Shown: positions 47,524-57,441, counted from the stretch's first letter. The stretch is 64,000 nucleotides of DNA from Candidatus Multivorans sp. (GCA_965247095.1 OZ251997.1:1248001-1312000); one strand, 5' to 3'. Made by a program: numbers and translations. Notes: generated by a model not told the origin, from the sequence alone.

Positions 47524-49395
47524 ATGAGCAAACAAATCGGCAGCTTTGAGATCGTCGGCCGTCTCGAAGCCCTCGCTGGCGCCGCCTCCTACCTGGGCCG
47601 CAACTCCATTGACGGCTCCTCGGCGACGATCGACATCTGGACGCCGGAGACTCCCGACGCGCAGGCGCGCTTCCTCGAGCGGGCCACCGCCGGCGCGCGG
47701 CTCGAGCACGACGGCGTCGCCCGCATCCTCGATTTCGGCATCGACGGCGCCACCTCGTGCCGCATCGAAGAGTTCGCCGACGGTGAGACCCTCGCGGCGA
47801 AGCTCCGGCAGGCCGGCGATCTGTCGAAAGAGACTGCTCTCGCCTGGCTGGCGCAGATCGCGCGCGCCCTGGAGTACGCACACGGAATGGGCGTCGTTCA
47901 CGGCGACCTGCACCCCGGCATGGTCACGATCCGTTCCGACGGCAAGGCCCAACTGCGCGGCTTCGCCAATCCACGCACCACCGGCGAACTCCGGTACCGC
48001 GCGCCGGAACTCCTCCGCGGCGACGCGATCGATGTGCGCACCGACCTCTACGCCTTCGGCGTTCTGCTCCACCGCCTGCTGACCTACCAGCCGGGCTGGA
48101 ACCCGACCCTTCCCCGCCGGCTGAAGTGGAAGTCGCCCCAGCCGCTGAACGATCTGCCCGCGGACTTTCCGCGCCGGCTGCTCCCCGTCTTCGAGGGCTG
48201 CCTGCACGACAACCCCGCGGATCGCCTCGGAAACTTCACGTCCGTTGTCGGCGCACTCGAGGCCGCGATCCAAGATGCGGCTGAGGTCAGCGCGACCAAC
48301 GCCAATGTGACCGCGACCCACGGCGAAGCCGCCCTGCCGCCCGACGCGTCCCCGAGTTGGGCTTCAGCGACCATGGTGACCGGCCGGGACGACGATTCGG
48401 GCGCCGGACCCACGGTTGACATCCCGGTTCAGAAGTCGATCAAGGGTGATGGCCCGCTCGTCGATGTCGAGCTCCAGGGCAGCGCCTCCGGGAAGGACGG
48501 AGCGATCCCGCCCAGTCTCGAGACGGTGGCGGCCGCAATCAAGCGGCCATCGCGCTCCCGCTTCCGCCGACGCTGGTTGACGTTCGCGACCGTGGCCGGA
48601 ACCGCGCTCTGGCTCGGCGGCACTCTCTGGTGGTCCAAGGGCAGTCCGGCCGTGGCCGGTTCCGATGTCCCCGCGGCCGACGAAGAGACGATTTCCGAGC
48701 CGGCGCAACCGGGCACGGCGGGCGCGACCGGCGATGCCCGGCCCTCTGACGACCTCCATTCCCCGGCGGACGCCGCGGCGCCGGTCGGCTCGGCCGCGAG
48801 TCGGCCCGAGACAGTCCGCCCGACCAACCGCGGCACCGGCCGCCTCGCCCTGGCGCCCGCCTGGCACCCCGAGATCACCGTCTCGGTGGCAGGCGGAGAG
48901 CCTGTCGTTCTCGACCGGCGGCGGGTGTTCGAAGTCGAAGCCGGCGTCGACCACGTGCTCACGTTCGAACTCGCGACTCGCGACTACCAGATCCGGGAGC
49001 AGGTGGTGACCCAGGTCGCATCGGGCCGCCTGCTGGAAACGCCCGTGCCCCTGGTGCGACCGGGGTTCCTCAGCGTGGCTTCGGCCGAGGAGTCGGCGCG
49101 TCCAGTCTTCGTGCGCGTCGGGGATGAGGCGATCGGCTGGACACCGATCGACAGCCTGCAACTGCCGGTCGGCGCCCACGTCATCAGCATCTTCAAGAAC
49201 CCCACCTGGCGCCCCGAGGAGCGGATAGACCAGCGCATCCGGGTACGTTCCAAGCAGGAAACCACGGTGCAATTCGACCTCGAATCCGAGCCGCCGGCGT
49301 TAATCGTCGACGGACGGAGAATCGAGTACGTTCCGGTCGATGCCGAGCCCGCACCTGAGACATCGAACACGCCGGTCACCACCCCTTCGGACTGA
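47524..49395 (+). CDS. Hanks-type Ser/Thr kinase-like (pseudokinase) membrane protein with PEGA-like extracytoplasmic domain
   Basis: Kinase fold markers (RLEHDGVARILDFG, ALEYAH, YRAPE, TDLYAFGVLL) but degenerate catalytic motifs; TM after RRRW; GWTPIDSLQLPVGAHVI is PEGA-like. Confidence 0.75.
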   Translation: MSKQIGSFEIVGRLEALAGAASYLGRNSIDGSSATIDIWTPETPDAQARFLERATAGARLEHDGVARILDFGIDGATSCRIEEFADGETLAAKLRQAGDLSKETALAWLAQIARALEYAHGMGVVHGDLHPGMVTIRSDGKAQLRGFANPRTTGELRYRAPELLRGDAIDVRTDLYAFGVLLHRLLTYQPGWNPTLPRRLKWKSPQPLNDLPADFPRRLLPVFEGCLHDNPADRLGNFTSVVGALEAAIQDAAEVSATNANVTATHGEAALPPDASPSWASATMVTGRDDDSGAGPTVDIPVQKSIKGDGPLVDVELQGSASGKDGAIPPSLETVAAAIKRPSRSRFRRRWLTFATVAGTALWLGGTLWWSKGSPAVAGSDVPAADEETISEPAQPGTAGATGDARPSDDLHSPADAAAPVGSAASRPETVRPTNRGTGRLALAPAWHPEITVSVAGGEPVVLDRRRVFEVEAGVDHVLTFELATRDYQIREQVVTQVASGRLLETPVPLVRPGFLSVASAEESARPVFVRVGDEAIGWTPIDSLQLPVGAHVISIFKNPTWRPEERIDQRIRVRSKQETTVQFDLESEPPALIVDGRRIEYVPVDAEPAPETSNTPVTTPSD

Positions 49396-49465
49396 CCCGG
49401 ATTCGGCGGCCATGGCCGGCGGATGCTGTCGTCTGACCGCGAAGTCGCCGTAGACTGCTACCGGC

Positions 49466-50497
49466 ATGGTCCAAACGACCGAGTTGTCGACGCCACGAAG
49501 GGAGTCCGGTTCCTGGCTGGGCGATCCGTCGCCGTCCAGTACCGATGCTGGTGCGGAGCAGACGCCGCTTGACGTCAGCGTGCTGGTGCCGGTGCTGAAC
49601 GAGGAGGCCACCGTCGCCAGCCTGACGGAGCGTGTTCTGGCGAACCTGGACGCCCTGGGCGTCCGCTCCGAGGTCCTGTTCATCGACGACGGCTCGACCG
49701 ACGGCACGTTCGAAGAGGTGCGGCGGCAGCACGAGCGCGATCCACGGGTCCGCGTCATCCGCCTGCGCCGGAACTTCGGCAAGGCGGCGGCGCTCTCGGC
49801 AGGGGTCGATTACGCCCGCGGCCGCATTCTGGTCACGATGGACGGCGATCTGCAGGACGATCCAGACGAGATTCCCCGCCTCCTGCAGGCCCTCGAAGAC
49901 GGACCCCTCGATCTGGTCAGCGGCTGGAAGCGAACCCGGCGCGACCCACTGCGGCGCCGCATGGCTTCGAAGGTCTTCAACTGGGTAACGCGCACACTCT
50001 CCAAGGTCGAGCTGCACGACTTCAACTCGGGTTTCAAGGCCTATCGTCGCGAGGTTCTGGAGCAGGTGGCCGTCTACGGCGAACTCCATCGGTACATTCC
50101 GGTTCTCGCCAGCCGCCGCGGCTTCGTCATCGGCGAGATCCCCGTTGCCCACCATCCACGCCGGGTCGGCCGCAGCCGGTACGGATGGGATCGGTCCTAC
50201 AAGGGCCCGGTCGACCTGATCACGGTGCTCTTCATCAGCCGCTTCACCCGCCGGCCGCTGCATCTCTTCGGACCGATCGGCCTGATCAGTTGTGCTCTGG
50301 GCTTTGGCATCTGCTCCTATCTGGCCGTGCTCTGGTTCACCGGCGCCTCCCTCTCGAACCGGCCCCTGCTGCTGCTTGGCGTCCTGCTCATGGTGCTGGG
50401 CATTCAGATCGTCACCACCGGCCTGATCGGCGAGCTGATCACCTTCAAGAACTTCCGCCGGCACGACAGCTACTCCGTTCGCGAGCGGGTTGGCTGA
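49466..50497 (+). CDS. GT2 polyprenyl-phosphate glycosyltransferase (ArnC/GtrB/DPM-like)
   Basis: VPVLNEE, IDDGSTDGT, RNFGKAAA, MDGDLQDDP, two C-terminal TM helices. Confidence 0.92.
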   Translation: MVQTTELSTPRRESGSWLGDPSPSSTDAGAEQTPLDVSVLVPVLNEEATVASLTERVLANLDALGVRSEVLFIDDGSTDGTFEEVRRQHERDPRVRVIRLRRNFGKAAALSAGVDYARGRILVTMDGDLQDDPDEIPRLLQALEDGPLDLVSGWKRTRRDPLRRRMASKVFNWVTRTLSKVELHDFNSGFKAYRREVLEQVAVYGELHRYIPVLASRRGFVIGEIPVAHHPRRVGRSRYGWDRSYKGPVDLITVLFISRFTRRPLHLFGPIGLISCALGFGICSYLAVLWFTGASLSNRPLLLLGVLLMVLGIQIVTTGLIGELITFKNFRRHDSYSVRERVG

Positions 50498-51833
50498 GGG
50501 CGACTTGCCTGAAGCGAACCTGACCTCGGCAGCGGAACGGGGCGGGCGAACCGGCGCCCCCGAGGCGGGTCTGCGGATCCTCTTCCTCACCCAGACCTAC
50601 CCCCGCTGGCCGGGCGACACGGCGGGACCCTTCATCCGCGAACTGGCCCGCGGCCTGGTCCGCGGCGGCGACCGCGTCACCGTGCTGGCGCCGCGCGCGG
50701 AGGGCGTGCGTTCCGCCTGGATCGACGACGGCGTCGAGGTCCGCACCTTCGCCTACGCGCCACGACGGCTGGAGGTGCTCGGCTATGGACGCAGTCTGGC
50801 CGCCGACGAGCGCATCCGGCCTGGCGCCGGTCTGGCGGCGCCGCTCTACCTGCGCGCCGCCGCCTCCGCGGTCGCCCGCCATCTCGCGCGCGACCCCTAC
50901 GATCTGCTCCACGCGCACTGGCTCGCCCCGAACGGACTGGTGGCGCTGTGGCCAGGCGTGCGCAAGCGGGGCACCCTGATCGCCGCGGGTCTGCACGGCA
51001 GCGACGTCTTCCTGGCCGAGAAGGCCGTGGTGCGTCCCGCGATCCGGCGCGTCCTGAAGCGCTGCCAACTTTTGACCGGCTGCTCGCCGGAACTCGTGGA
51101 CCGGGTCCTGAGACTGGGTTACCACGGCAAGCCGCACCGGGTCATCCCCTACGGCGTCGACGTCGACCTCTTCTGTCCCGCCACCGAGGCCGCGGACCCA
51201 CCGAGCGGCGACGGGTGGCGTGAACGCCTCGGCATCCCCGACCACGCCACGGTGCTGCTCGGCGTCGGGCGGTTGGCGACAAAGAAGGGATTCCACGTCC
51301 TGGTCGACGTGCTACCCCGGCTCCTGGCCGAGTTCGACGACCTGCACGCCGTCATCGCCGGCGGCGGCGACCAGATGCCCGAACTCCTGGCCGCCGTAGC
51401 GGAGTGGGCGCCGGAACACACCGGTCGAGTCCACTTTCCCGGTCTGGTCGCCCACGACGATCTGCCCGACCTCTACCGCAGCGCCGACCTCTTCGTCCTA
51501 CCTGCTGTCCACGACCCGCAGGGCAATGTCGACGGCCTGCCCAACGTGATCCTCGAGGCTCTGGCAAGCGGCCTGCCCGTGGTTTCCACAGCGATCTCGG
51601 GGATCCCACTCGCGATCGAGTCCGGCGTCCACGGAATCCTCGTCCTGGAGCAGGACCGCGCCGCCCTCAAGGACGCGATCGCCGGTCTGCTCGCCGCGCC
51701 CGAGCGACGGCGCCGGATGGCGGTACGAGCGCGCGCCAAAGCCGTCTCGCAACTGACTTGGGACATCGTGTCCGGCGCCTATCGCGACGCCTACCTGGAA
51801 GCCCTATCGCAGCGGGAGCGCCGCCGACGGTGA
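50490..51833 (+). CDS. GT4 glycosyltransferase
   Basis: HAHW, LHGSDV, GVGRLATKKG, DGLPNVILEA. Confidence 0.9.
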   Translation: MAEGDLPEANLTSAAERGGRTGAPEAGLRILFLTQTYPRWPGDTAGPFIRELARGLVRGGDRVTVLAPRAEGVRSAWIDDGVEVRTFAYAPRRLEVLGYGRSLAADERIRPGAGLAAPLYLRAAASAVARHLARDPYDLLHAHWLAPNGLVALWPGVRKRGTLIAAGLHGSDVFLAEKAVVRPAIRRVLKRCQLLTGCSPELVDRVLRLGYHGKPHRVIPYGVDVDLFCPATEAADPPSGDGWRERLGIPDHATVLLGVGRLATKKGFHVLVDVLPRLLAEFDDLHAVIAGGGDQMPELLAAVAEWAPEHTGRVHFPGLVAHDDLPDLYRSADLFVLPAVHDPQGNVDGLPNVILEALASGLPVVSTAISGIPLAIESGVHGILVLEQDRAALKDAIAGLLAAPERRRRMAVRARAKAVSQLTWDIVSGAYRDAYLEALSQRERRRR

Positions 51834-52570
51834 AGGGAGTCGGCGAGGAGGTCGCGTTCGGCCCACAGAGCCGAAAGGCCTGGTGGACCGTCCTGGTCGC
51901 CGCCATGACCCTGCCGACCGTCGCCTCGCTCGCGTACTTCGTCTGGCTCGAAGGCACCGCCTGGGTCGCGCCCGCCTACCTCGGCGCCAAGGTGCTCCAG
52001 TTCGCGGGCCCGGTGGCAGCCCTCGGCGCACTGCTCGCGGCGGCAACCGGGCCGTCACGCCCGGGCCGCTCGGTGGCCCTGGGTCTGAGCACCGGCATCG
52101 CCGGCGCCGCCTCCACCTGGATTGCCTACGTGGCGCTGTTTCGGGGCGGCGACATGGCGGCCCGGGCCACTGAAGCAATCACCGTCAAGCTCGCCGACTT
52201 CCACCTCGACGCCCTCTGGCGCTTTGTCGTCGCGGCCCTCCTCATCAGCTTCCTCCACTCCTGGCTCGAGGAGGTCTACTGGCGGGCGTTCGTCTACCGC
52301 TGGCTCCAGCGCCTGACGTCCTCCGAGTGGGCCCTGATCGTCGCCGCCCTCGGCTACGCGGCCCACCACGTCGTCGTCATCGGCGTCTACATTGGCGACG
52401 CGTCGGTTCTGGTGGTGCTCCTCATGGCGGCGCCCGTCGTTCTCGGAGGCGTCCTCTACTCCCTGCTCTACCGCGCCACCGGTAACCGCCTCCTGGCGCC
52501 CTGGATCAGCCACGTCTGCTTCGACCTCGCCATCATGGCGGTCGGCTACGACCTGATCTTCGGCGGCTGA
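51830..52570 (+). CDS. CPBP/Abi (CAAX-type) intramembrane glutamic protease
   Basis: EEVYWR, YAAHH and SHVCFD motifs in a multi-TM protein; GTGA overlap with GT4. Confidence 0.85.
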   Translation: MKGVGEEVAFGPQSRKAWWTVLVAAMTLPTVASLAYFVWLEGTAWVAPAYLGAKVLQFAGPVAALGALLAAATGPSRPGRSVALGLSTGIAGAASTWIAYVALFRGGDMAARATEAITVKLADFHLDALWRFVVAALLISFLHSWLEEVYWRAFVYRWLQRLTSSEWALIVAALGYAAHHVVVIGVYIGDASVLVVLLMAAPVVLGGVLYSLLYRATGNRLLAPWISHVCFDLAIMAVGYDLIFGG

Positions 52571-52583
52571 GCCGCGGTGGCTG

Positions 52584-53684
52584 CTACCGGCCGCGCGGAG
52601 CGTCGGTGCGCGCCGTCGGCAGGCCCTGCTCGCGCAGCCAGTCGTCGTTGTAGATCGTGCTCAGGTAGCGGGTGCCGGAGTCGGGAAACAGGGTGACCAC
52701 CCGCGCCCCCGGGTGCAGCTCGGGCAGGATCTCGCGCACTCCCCAGAGCGCCGCGCCGCTTGAGCCGCCCACCAGCATCGCCTCCTCCCGCGCGAGTTCC
52801 CGGGCGGCCAGGAACGCCTCCGCGTCGCTCACCTGGAGCATCCGGTCGAAGACATCGAACTCCGGGCAGTCGATGATCTCTTCATCGCCAAGTCCTTCGA
52901 GCAGGTAGCGGCCAGGCGCCGCCGAGTCGTCCTGCGCCCCCGACAGCGCCGCGAAGTGGCGGCTGAACACCGAACCTTCGACATCGACAGCGACCACCCG
53001 AATCTTCGGATCCTGCTCCTTCAAGTACCGGCCCACGCCGGAGACGGTGCCGCCGGTGCCGATGCCGCCGACGAACACATCGATCCGCCCTTCCATCTGT
53101 CGCCAGATCTCCGGGGCGGTGGTCTCGTAGTGGCACCTGTTGTTGTCGCGGTTGTTGTGCTGATCGGGGAAGAAGGCGTCGGGATCCGCGGCGGCCAGGC
53201 TCCGTGCCTTCCGGTTGTATGACTCCGGGTGCTCAGGGGGCAGATCGCCGTCCACCAGGATCAGCTCAACGCCCAGGGCGCGCAGACAGTCGAGCTTTTC
53301 CCTGCTGGTCTGGCTGCGGACCACGGCACGGCAGCGCAGCCCCCGGTTCGTCGCCATCATCGCCAGCCCCATTGCCGTATTGCCGGAGGAAGCCTCGATC
53401 ACCACGCCTCCCGGCGAGAGCCTTCCCGAGGCGAGCGCACGGTCCACGAGGTACCGCGCCACGCGGTCCTTCACGCTACCCATCGGGTTCAGGTACTCGA
53501 GCTTCGCGAAGACACAGGTCTCGCTCCGGGCCGTGCCCAGCGAACGGCGGAGACGCACCATGGGCGTGCCGCCGATCGCCTCGCTCACATCCTCGCAGAC
53601 CTTCTCCGCAAGACCCTCTGGAGGGACACGAGCACCGCTCAAGATGGCGGAACCCCCGGACCTGCCGCGCACACTCCTAACCAT
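52584..53684 (-). CDS. Cysteine synthase / cystathionine beta-synthase family (PLP)
   Basis: KLEYLNPMGSVKDR, SSGNTA, GIGTGGT, GGSSGA; start uncertain (53684 or 53642). Confidence 0.88.
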   Translation of the reverse strand: MVRSVRGRSGGSAILSGARVPPEGLAEKVCEDVSEAIGGTPMVRLRRSLGTARSETCVFAKLEYLNPMGSVKDRVARYLVDRALASGRLSPGGVVIEASSGNTAMGLAMMATNRGLRCRAVVRSQTSREKLDCLRALGVELILVDGDLPPEHPESYNRKARSLAAADPDAFFPDQHNNRDNNRCHYETTAPEIWRQMEGRIDVFVGGIGTGGTVSGVGRYLKEQDPKIRVVAVDVEGSVFSRHFAALSGAQDDSAAPGRYLLEGLGDEEIIDCPEFDVFDRMLQVSDAEAFLAARELAREEAMLVGGSSGAALWGVREILPELHPGARVVTLFPDSGTRYLSTIYNDDWLREQGLPTARTDAPRGR

Positions 53685-54357
53685 CTCCGCCAGCCTCCGA
53701 CAGACGATCGCGGACGAGCTGCATGTCTTCCCAGGCCGCCCGCTTGTACGACGGATCCCGCAGCAGGAAGGCCGGATGGTAGGTAACCCGAACCGGTACG
53801 CCCGCCACTTCATGCCAGCGCCCACGCAGGCGGCCCAGAGAGTCCCGCGTCTGCAACAGTTGCTGGGCGGCGACTCGACCGAGGGCGACGATCACCCGAG
53901 GGGCGATGAGTTCCACCTGCCGGTCGAGGAACGAGCGGCAGGCGGCGGCTTCGTCGGGCTGCGGATCGCGGTTGTTCGGCGGCCGGCACTTGACCACGTT
54001 CGTGATGTAGACATCCTCCCGCCGCAGATCGATGGCCTGGATGATCCGGTTCAGGAGTTGGCCGGCCGGTCCCACGAAGGGCAGGCCCTGCTGATCCTCG
54101 TGGTAGCCGGGCCCCTCGCCAACAAACATCAGGTCCGCGTCACCGTCGCCGTCGCCGAACACGACCGTGTTGCGCTGCTCACAGAGCCGGCATGCGGTAC
54201 AGCCCTGAGCCTCCTCCGCCACCGCCTGCAGACGGTCAGAGCGGTCTCCCGCACCTTCCCGCACGGTTTTCACCGCCCGCGGCGGATAGGCATCCTCGAA
54301 GCCGAGCTCTCGCAGCAGACCGAGTTCCTGCCCCACCGAGAGTTGAAGTCGCGTCAC
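53677..54357 (-). CDS. Family-4 uracil-DNA glycosylase (4Fe-4S)
   Basis: CTACRL, GEGPG, PFVGPAG, KCRPPNNRDP, TYHPA. Confidence 0.93.
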   Translation of the reverse strand: MTRLQLSVGQELGLLRELGFEDAYPPRAVKTVREGAGDRSDRLQAVAEEAQGCTACRLCEQRNTVVFGDGDGDADLMFVGEGPGYHEDQQGLPFVGPAGQLLNRIIQAIDLRREDVYITNVVKCRPPNNRDPQPDEAAACRSFLDRQVELIAPRVIVALGRVAAQQLLQTRDSLGRLRGRWHEVAGVPVRVTYHPAFLLRDPSYKRAAWEDMQLVRDRLSEAGGDG

Positions 54358-54363
54358 GAGCCC

Positions 54364-55599
54364 TTAGCCCGAAGCGGCCCTGTCGCCGGCAAACAACTCC
54401 AGCAGACGGCCCGCCAGTTCGTCCTTCGACTGCTTTGGGAACCGGACGGGTCCGCCCTTGCGGCCGAAGACGACTACCTCATTGTCCGTCGCCTCGAATC
54501 CGATGTCAGGCCGCGACACGTCGTTGGCGACGATCCAGTGCGCCTGCTTCGCCTCCAGCTTGCTCCGCGCCGACTCCTCGAGGTGTTCAGTCTCGGCCGC
54601 GAAGCCGACGCGCGTCGCCTGAGGCGCCAGCGACGCCAGGCCGGCGAGGAGGTCGGGGTTCTGCTCCAGTTCGAGCACCAGACCGTCGGCGCCTGACTTC
54701 TTGAGCTTCTGGCCGGCAGGCTCGCGCGGCCGGTAGTCGGCGACCGCGGCGGCCATCACAACGAGGTCGGCCGCCGGCGCCGTCTCTCCGAGCGCCGCCT
54801 GCATCTCGACCGCCGAGACGACATCGATCCGCTGCACGCCCTCAGGAGTCTCCTGGTTCACGGGTCCGGCGACGAGAGTGACCTCCGCGCCCCGGAGCGC
54901 CGCCTGACGCGCCAGGGCGAAGCCCATGCGCCCGCTCGACCGGTTGCCGAGGAAACGAACGGGATCGATCGCCTCGTAGGTCGGGCCGGCTGTGACGACG
55001 ACTCGCCAGCCGGCCAGCGGACCCACAGGCGAGGCGGCCCCGGTCTCCGGCAGCGCCAACTTCCGGCACACCGCGTCCACGATCGCCTCCGGTTCGGCCA
55101 TACGGCCCCAACCCCGCTCGCCCGAAGCCAGCGCGCCTTCGACCGGCCCCACGATCAGGGCGCCGCGGCGGCTCAGCGTCTCGACCTGGGCGCCGACCTG
55201 CGGTTTGCGCCACATCGCGTCGTGCATTGCCGGCGCCACCACCACCGGGCCCTCGAACATCAGAGCGGTGGTGCTCAGGAAGTCGTCCGCGAGACCGAGA
55301 GACAGGCGGGCCAGCGTGTTGGCGGTCGCCGGCGCGACGCAGAGCAGATCGGCCCACTGCGCCGCCTCGACATGGAGTTCGGCGCCGTCCACGCCGCCGT
55401 CGCGCGACAGGTAGCTCTGGCCGTAGACCCGTTCGCCGCTCAGCACCTCGAGGGTGAGCGGCGACACGAAACTCTCAGCCGCCAGGGTCGGCGCGCAGCG
55501 TACGGCGATCCCCCGCTCACGAAGCCGGCGGACCAGGTAAGCGCCCTTGTAGGCGGCTATCCCGCCGCTTATGCCGAGAAGGACTCTGGCAGCGGGCAC
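54364..55599 (-). CDS. coaBC: Phosphopantothenoylcysteine decarboxylase/synthetase
   Basis: GGIAAYK, APATAN, PAMH, TAGPTYEAIDPVRFLGNRSSG, GFAAET. Confidence 0.95.
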   Translation of the reverse strand: MPAARVLLGISGGIAAYKGAYLVRRLRERGIAVRCAPTLAAESFVSPLTLEVLSGERVYGQSYLSRDGGVDGAELHVEAAQWADLLCVAPATANTLARLSLGLADDFLSTTALMFEGPVVVAPAMHDAMWRKPQVGAQVETLSRRGALIVGPVEGALASGERGWGRMAEPEAIVDAVCRKLALPETGAASPVGPLAGWRVVVTAGPTYEAIDPVRFLGNRSSGRMGFALARQAALRGAEVTLVAGPVNQETPEGVQRIDVVSAVEMQAALGETAPAADLVVMAAAVADYRPREPAGQKLKKSGADGLVLELEQNPDLLAGLASLAPQATRVGFAAETEHLEESARSKLEAKQAHWIVANDVSRPDIGFEATDNEVVVFGRKGGPVRFPKQSKDELAGRLLELFAGDRAASG

Positions 55600-55611
55600 A
55601 CCGTGAGACTC

Positions 55612-55878
55612 CTAGTTGACTGTGCTGCGCCGCCCGAAGGCATCGTCCCCGGGCTGCGGATTGCCGTCCTCGACGCTACCCGACTCCGGAGACTCGGGCG
55701 CCTCGCCGTAGTCCCACTCGATCACGTCGTGCTGTATCTCGCTCATCGCGTGCCGGGCGAACTTCGGGCTCTCCCGTGGCATGCGTTCCTGAGCGCCGCG
55801 AATCAACTGCTCGGCGCGGCGCGCGGCCAGGAGGACGAAGCGGAACTTGCTATCTATTTTCTCAGGAAAACGGGCCAT
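55612..55878 (-). CDS. rpoZ: RNA polymerase omega subunit
   Basis: IDSKFRFVLLAARRAEQL; between gmk and coaBC. Confidence 0.9.
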   Translation of the reverse strand: MARFPEKIDSKFRFVLLAARRAEQLIRGAQERMPRESPKFARHAMSEIQHDVIEWDYGEAPESPESGSVEDGNPQPGDDAFGRRSTVN

Positions 55879-56524
55879 GTGCATGAAAGTCCGCGAGAAC
55901 GCTGCGTACACGCTCCCGCATCCGCTCCCTTCGCTGTCGTTTCTCGAGAATGATGGCTGCCAGGGTCTCACTGGCCGCCTCGGCGCGGTCGTTGACAATA
56001 ACATAGTCGTAGTCCCGCACGCGGCCCAATTCGCCCAGCGCACCCTGGAGCCGCTGCCGGATCGCCGGCGCCTCATCCAGATCGCGTCCCCGGAGGCGCG
56101 CCACCAGCGCCTGGGGGCTCGGCGGCATCACGAAGATGCTGTGGACCGCGGTACCCAACTGGCCCGCCGCACCCCCGGTGGCCATCACCTGGGCGGCGCC
56201 CTGCACGTCGATGTCCAGCAGCACATCCACTCCCCTCTCGATCCGGGGCAGGACCTCGTCGACCGATGTCCCGTAACGGTTGCCGTGGACGTCCGCCCAC
56301 TCAAGAAATCGGTTCTCCGCCACCATGGACGCGAACGCGTCCCGCTCCACGAAGTGGTAGTCGACGCCGTCCCTCTCGTTCTCGCGGGGACGGCGGGTAG
56401 TGTGGCTGATCGAGAACTCGACCCCGGCGACGAGTTCCATCGCCCGATGCACAAGCGTGGTCTTCCCGGCGCCGGACGGCGCCGAAAGTATGAACAGCTC
56501 CCCTCTCGCCGTGCCCGCGGTCAT
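55862..56524 (-). CDS. gmk: Guanylate kinase
   Basis: SAPSGAGKTT, SHTTRRPR, VHGNRYGT, LDIDVQGA. Confidence 0.95.
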   Translation of the reverse strand: MTAGTARGELFILSAPSGAGKTTLVHRAMELVAGVEFSISHTTRRPRENERDGVDYHFVERDAFASMVAENRFLEWADVHGNRYGTSVDEVLPRIERGVDVLLDIDVQGAAQVMATGGAAGQLGTAVHSIFVMPPSPQALVARLRGRDLDEAPAIRQRLQGALGELGRVRDYDYVIVNDRAEAASETLAAIILEKRQRRERMRERVRSVLADFHAHGPFS

Positions 56525-57441
56525 TCGATGTTCTGCACCTGCTCCCGCAACTGCTCGCACAGCACCTTACCCTCGACGACCGCGCGCTGCATCGCCAGGT
56601 CCCGGCACTTGGACCCGACCGTGTTCAGCTCCCGCAGGATCTCCTGGGTCAGGAAGTCGAGTCGCCGCCCCACCGCGCCCTCTTCGGCCATTGCGGCCGC
56701 AAAGCCCTCCAAGTGGCCGCTCAGCCGTTCCAGTTCCTCGACCGTGTCGCTGCGCTCGATCAGCAGGGCGACCTCCTGAACCACGCGCACCGGGTCGAGT
56801 CCGACGCCCGCCGCGTCCGCCGCTTCGTGTCCCTCGAGCAGTTCCAGCACCCGCCGCTCCAACTCGTTCAGGGCCCGTGCGACCACCTCTCCGCGGCGCG
56901 CAGCAAGGGCTTCCACGCTACCCCGCAGCTCGCAGAGATGGCCCCGAAGAGCGTCCTCCAGGGCCTGTCCCTCCCGTTCCCGTTCGGCCACGAGAGCAGC
57001 CACCGCACGCCGGCAGACCCGCACCGCGAGCGCCATCTCCTCCGCCCCCATGACGGACGGCCCGGCTTCCGGTCGCGATACGCGCGCGGCCGACATCAAC
57101 TCGCCGGCACTCAGCTCCGACGCCACGAGACCCCGACGCCGCCAGCGCCGGGCGACCCGTTGCAGGGCATCCGCCGTCTCGTCGCACACGTCCACGGTCG
57201 CGGCGCCAGCCGCCGTTTCGATTTCAACGCCGAGCTCGACCCGGCCGCGCCGGATCTCCGCCGCGACCACCGCACGCAACTCCGGCTCCAGAACCCGGTA
57301 GGGCGCCCGTAGACGCACTGCGAAGTCGAGAAAGCGGTGGTTGACGGTCCGGGCCGTGACGGTCACGCGGTGGGTACCGCTCTGTTCGGCCGCCTCCCCG
57401 ATCCCGGTCATGCTTCTCAGGGTCGGCCCCCTTCCCGACAT
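56521..57441 (-). CDS. yicC: YicC-family endoribonuclease
   Basis: SMTG, VNHRFLD, EELERL, GRRLDFLTQEILRELNTVGSK, REQVQNIE. Confidence 0.92.
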   Translation of the reverse strand: MSGRGPTLRSMTGIGEAAEQSGTHRVTVTARTVNHRFLDFAVRLRAPYRVLEPELRAVVAAEIRRGRVELGVEIETAAGAATVDVCDETADALQRVARRWRRRGLVASELSAGELMSAARVSRPEAGPSVMGAEEMALAVRVCRRAVAALVAEREREGQALEDALRGHLCELRGSVEALAARRGEVVARALNELERRVLELLEGHEAADAAGVGLDPVRVVQEVALLIERSDTVEELERLSGHLEGFAAAMAEEGAVGRRLDFLTQEILRELNTVGSKCRDLAMQRAVVEGKVLCEQLREQVQNIE

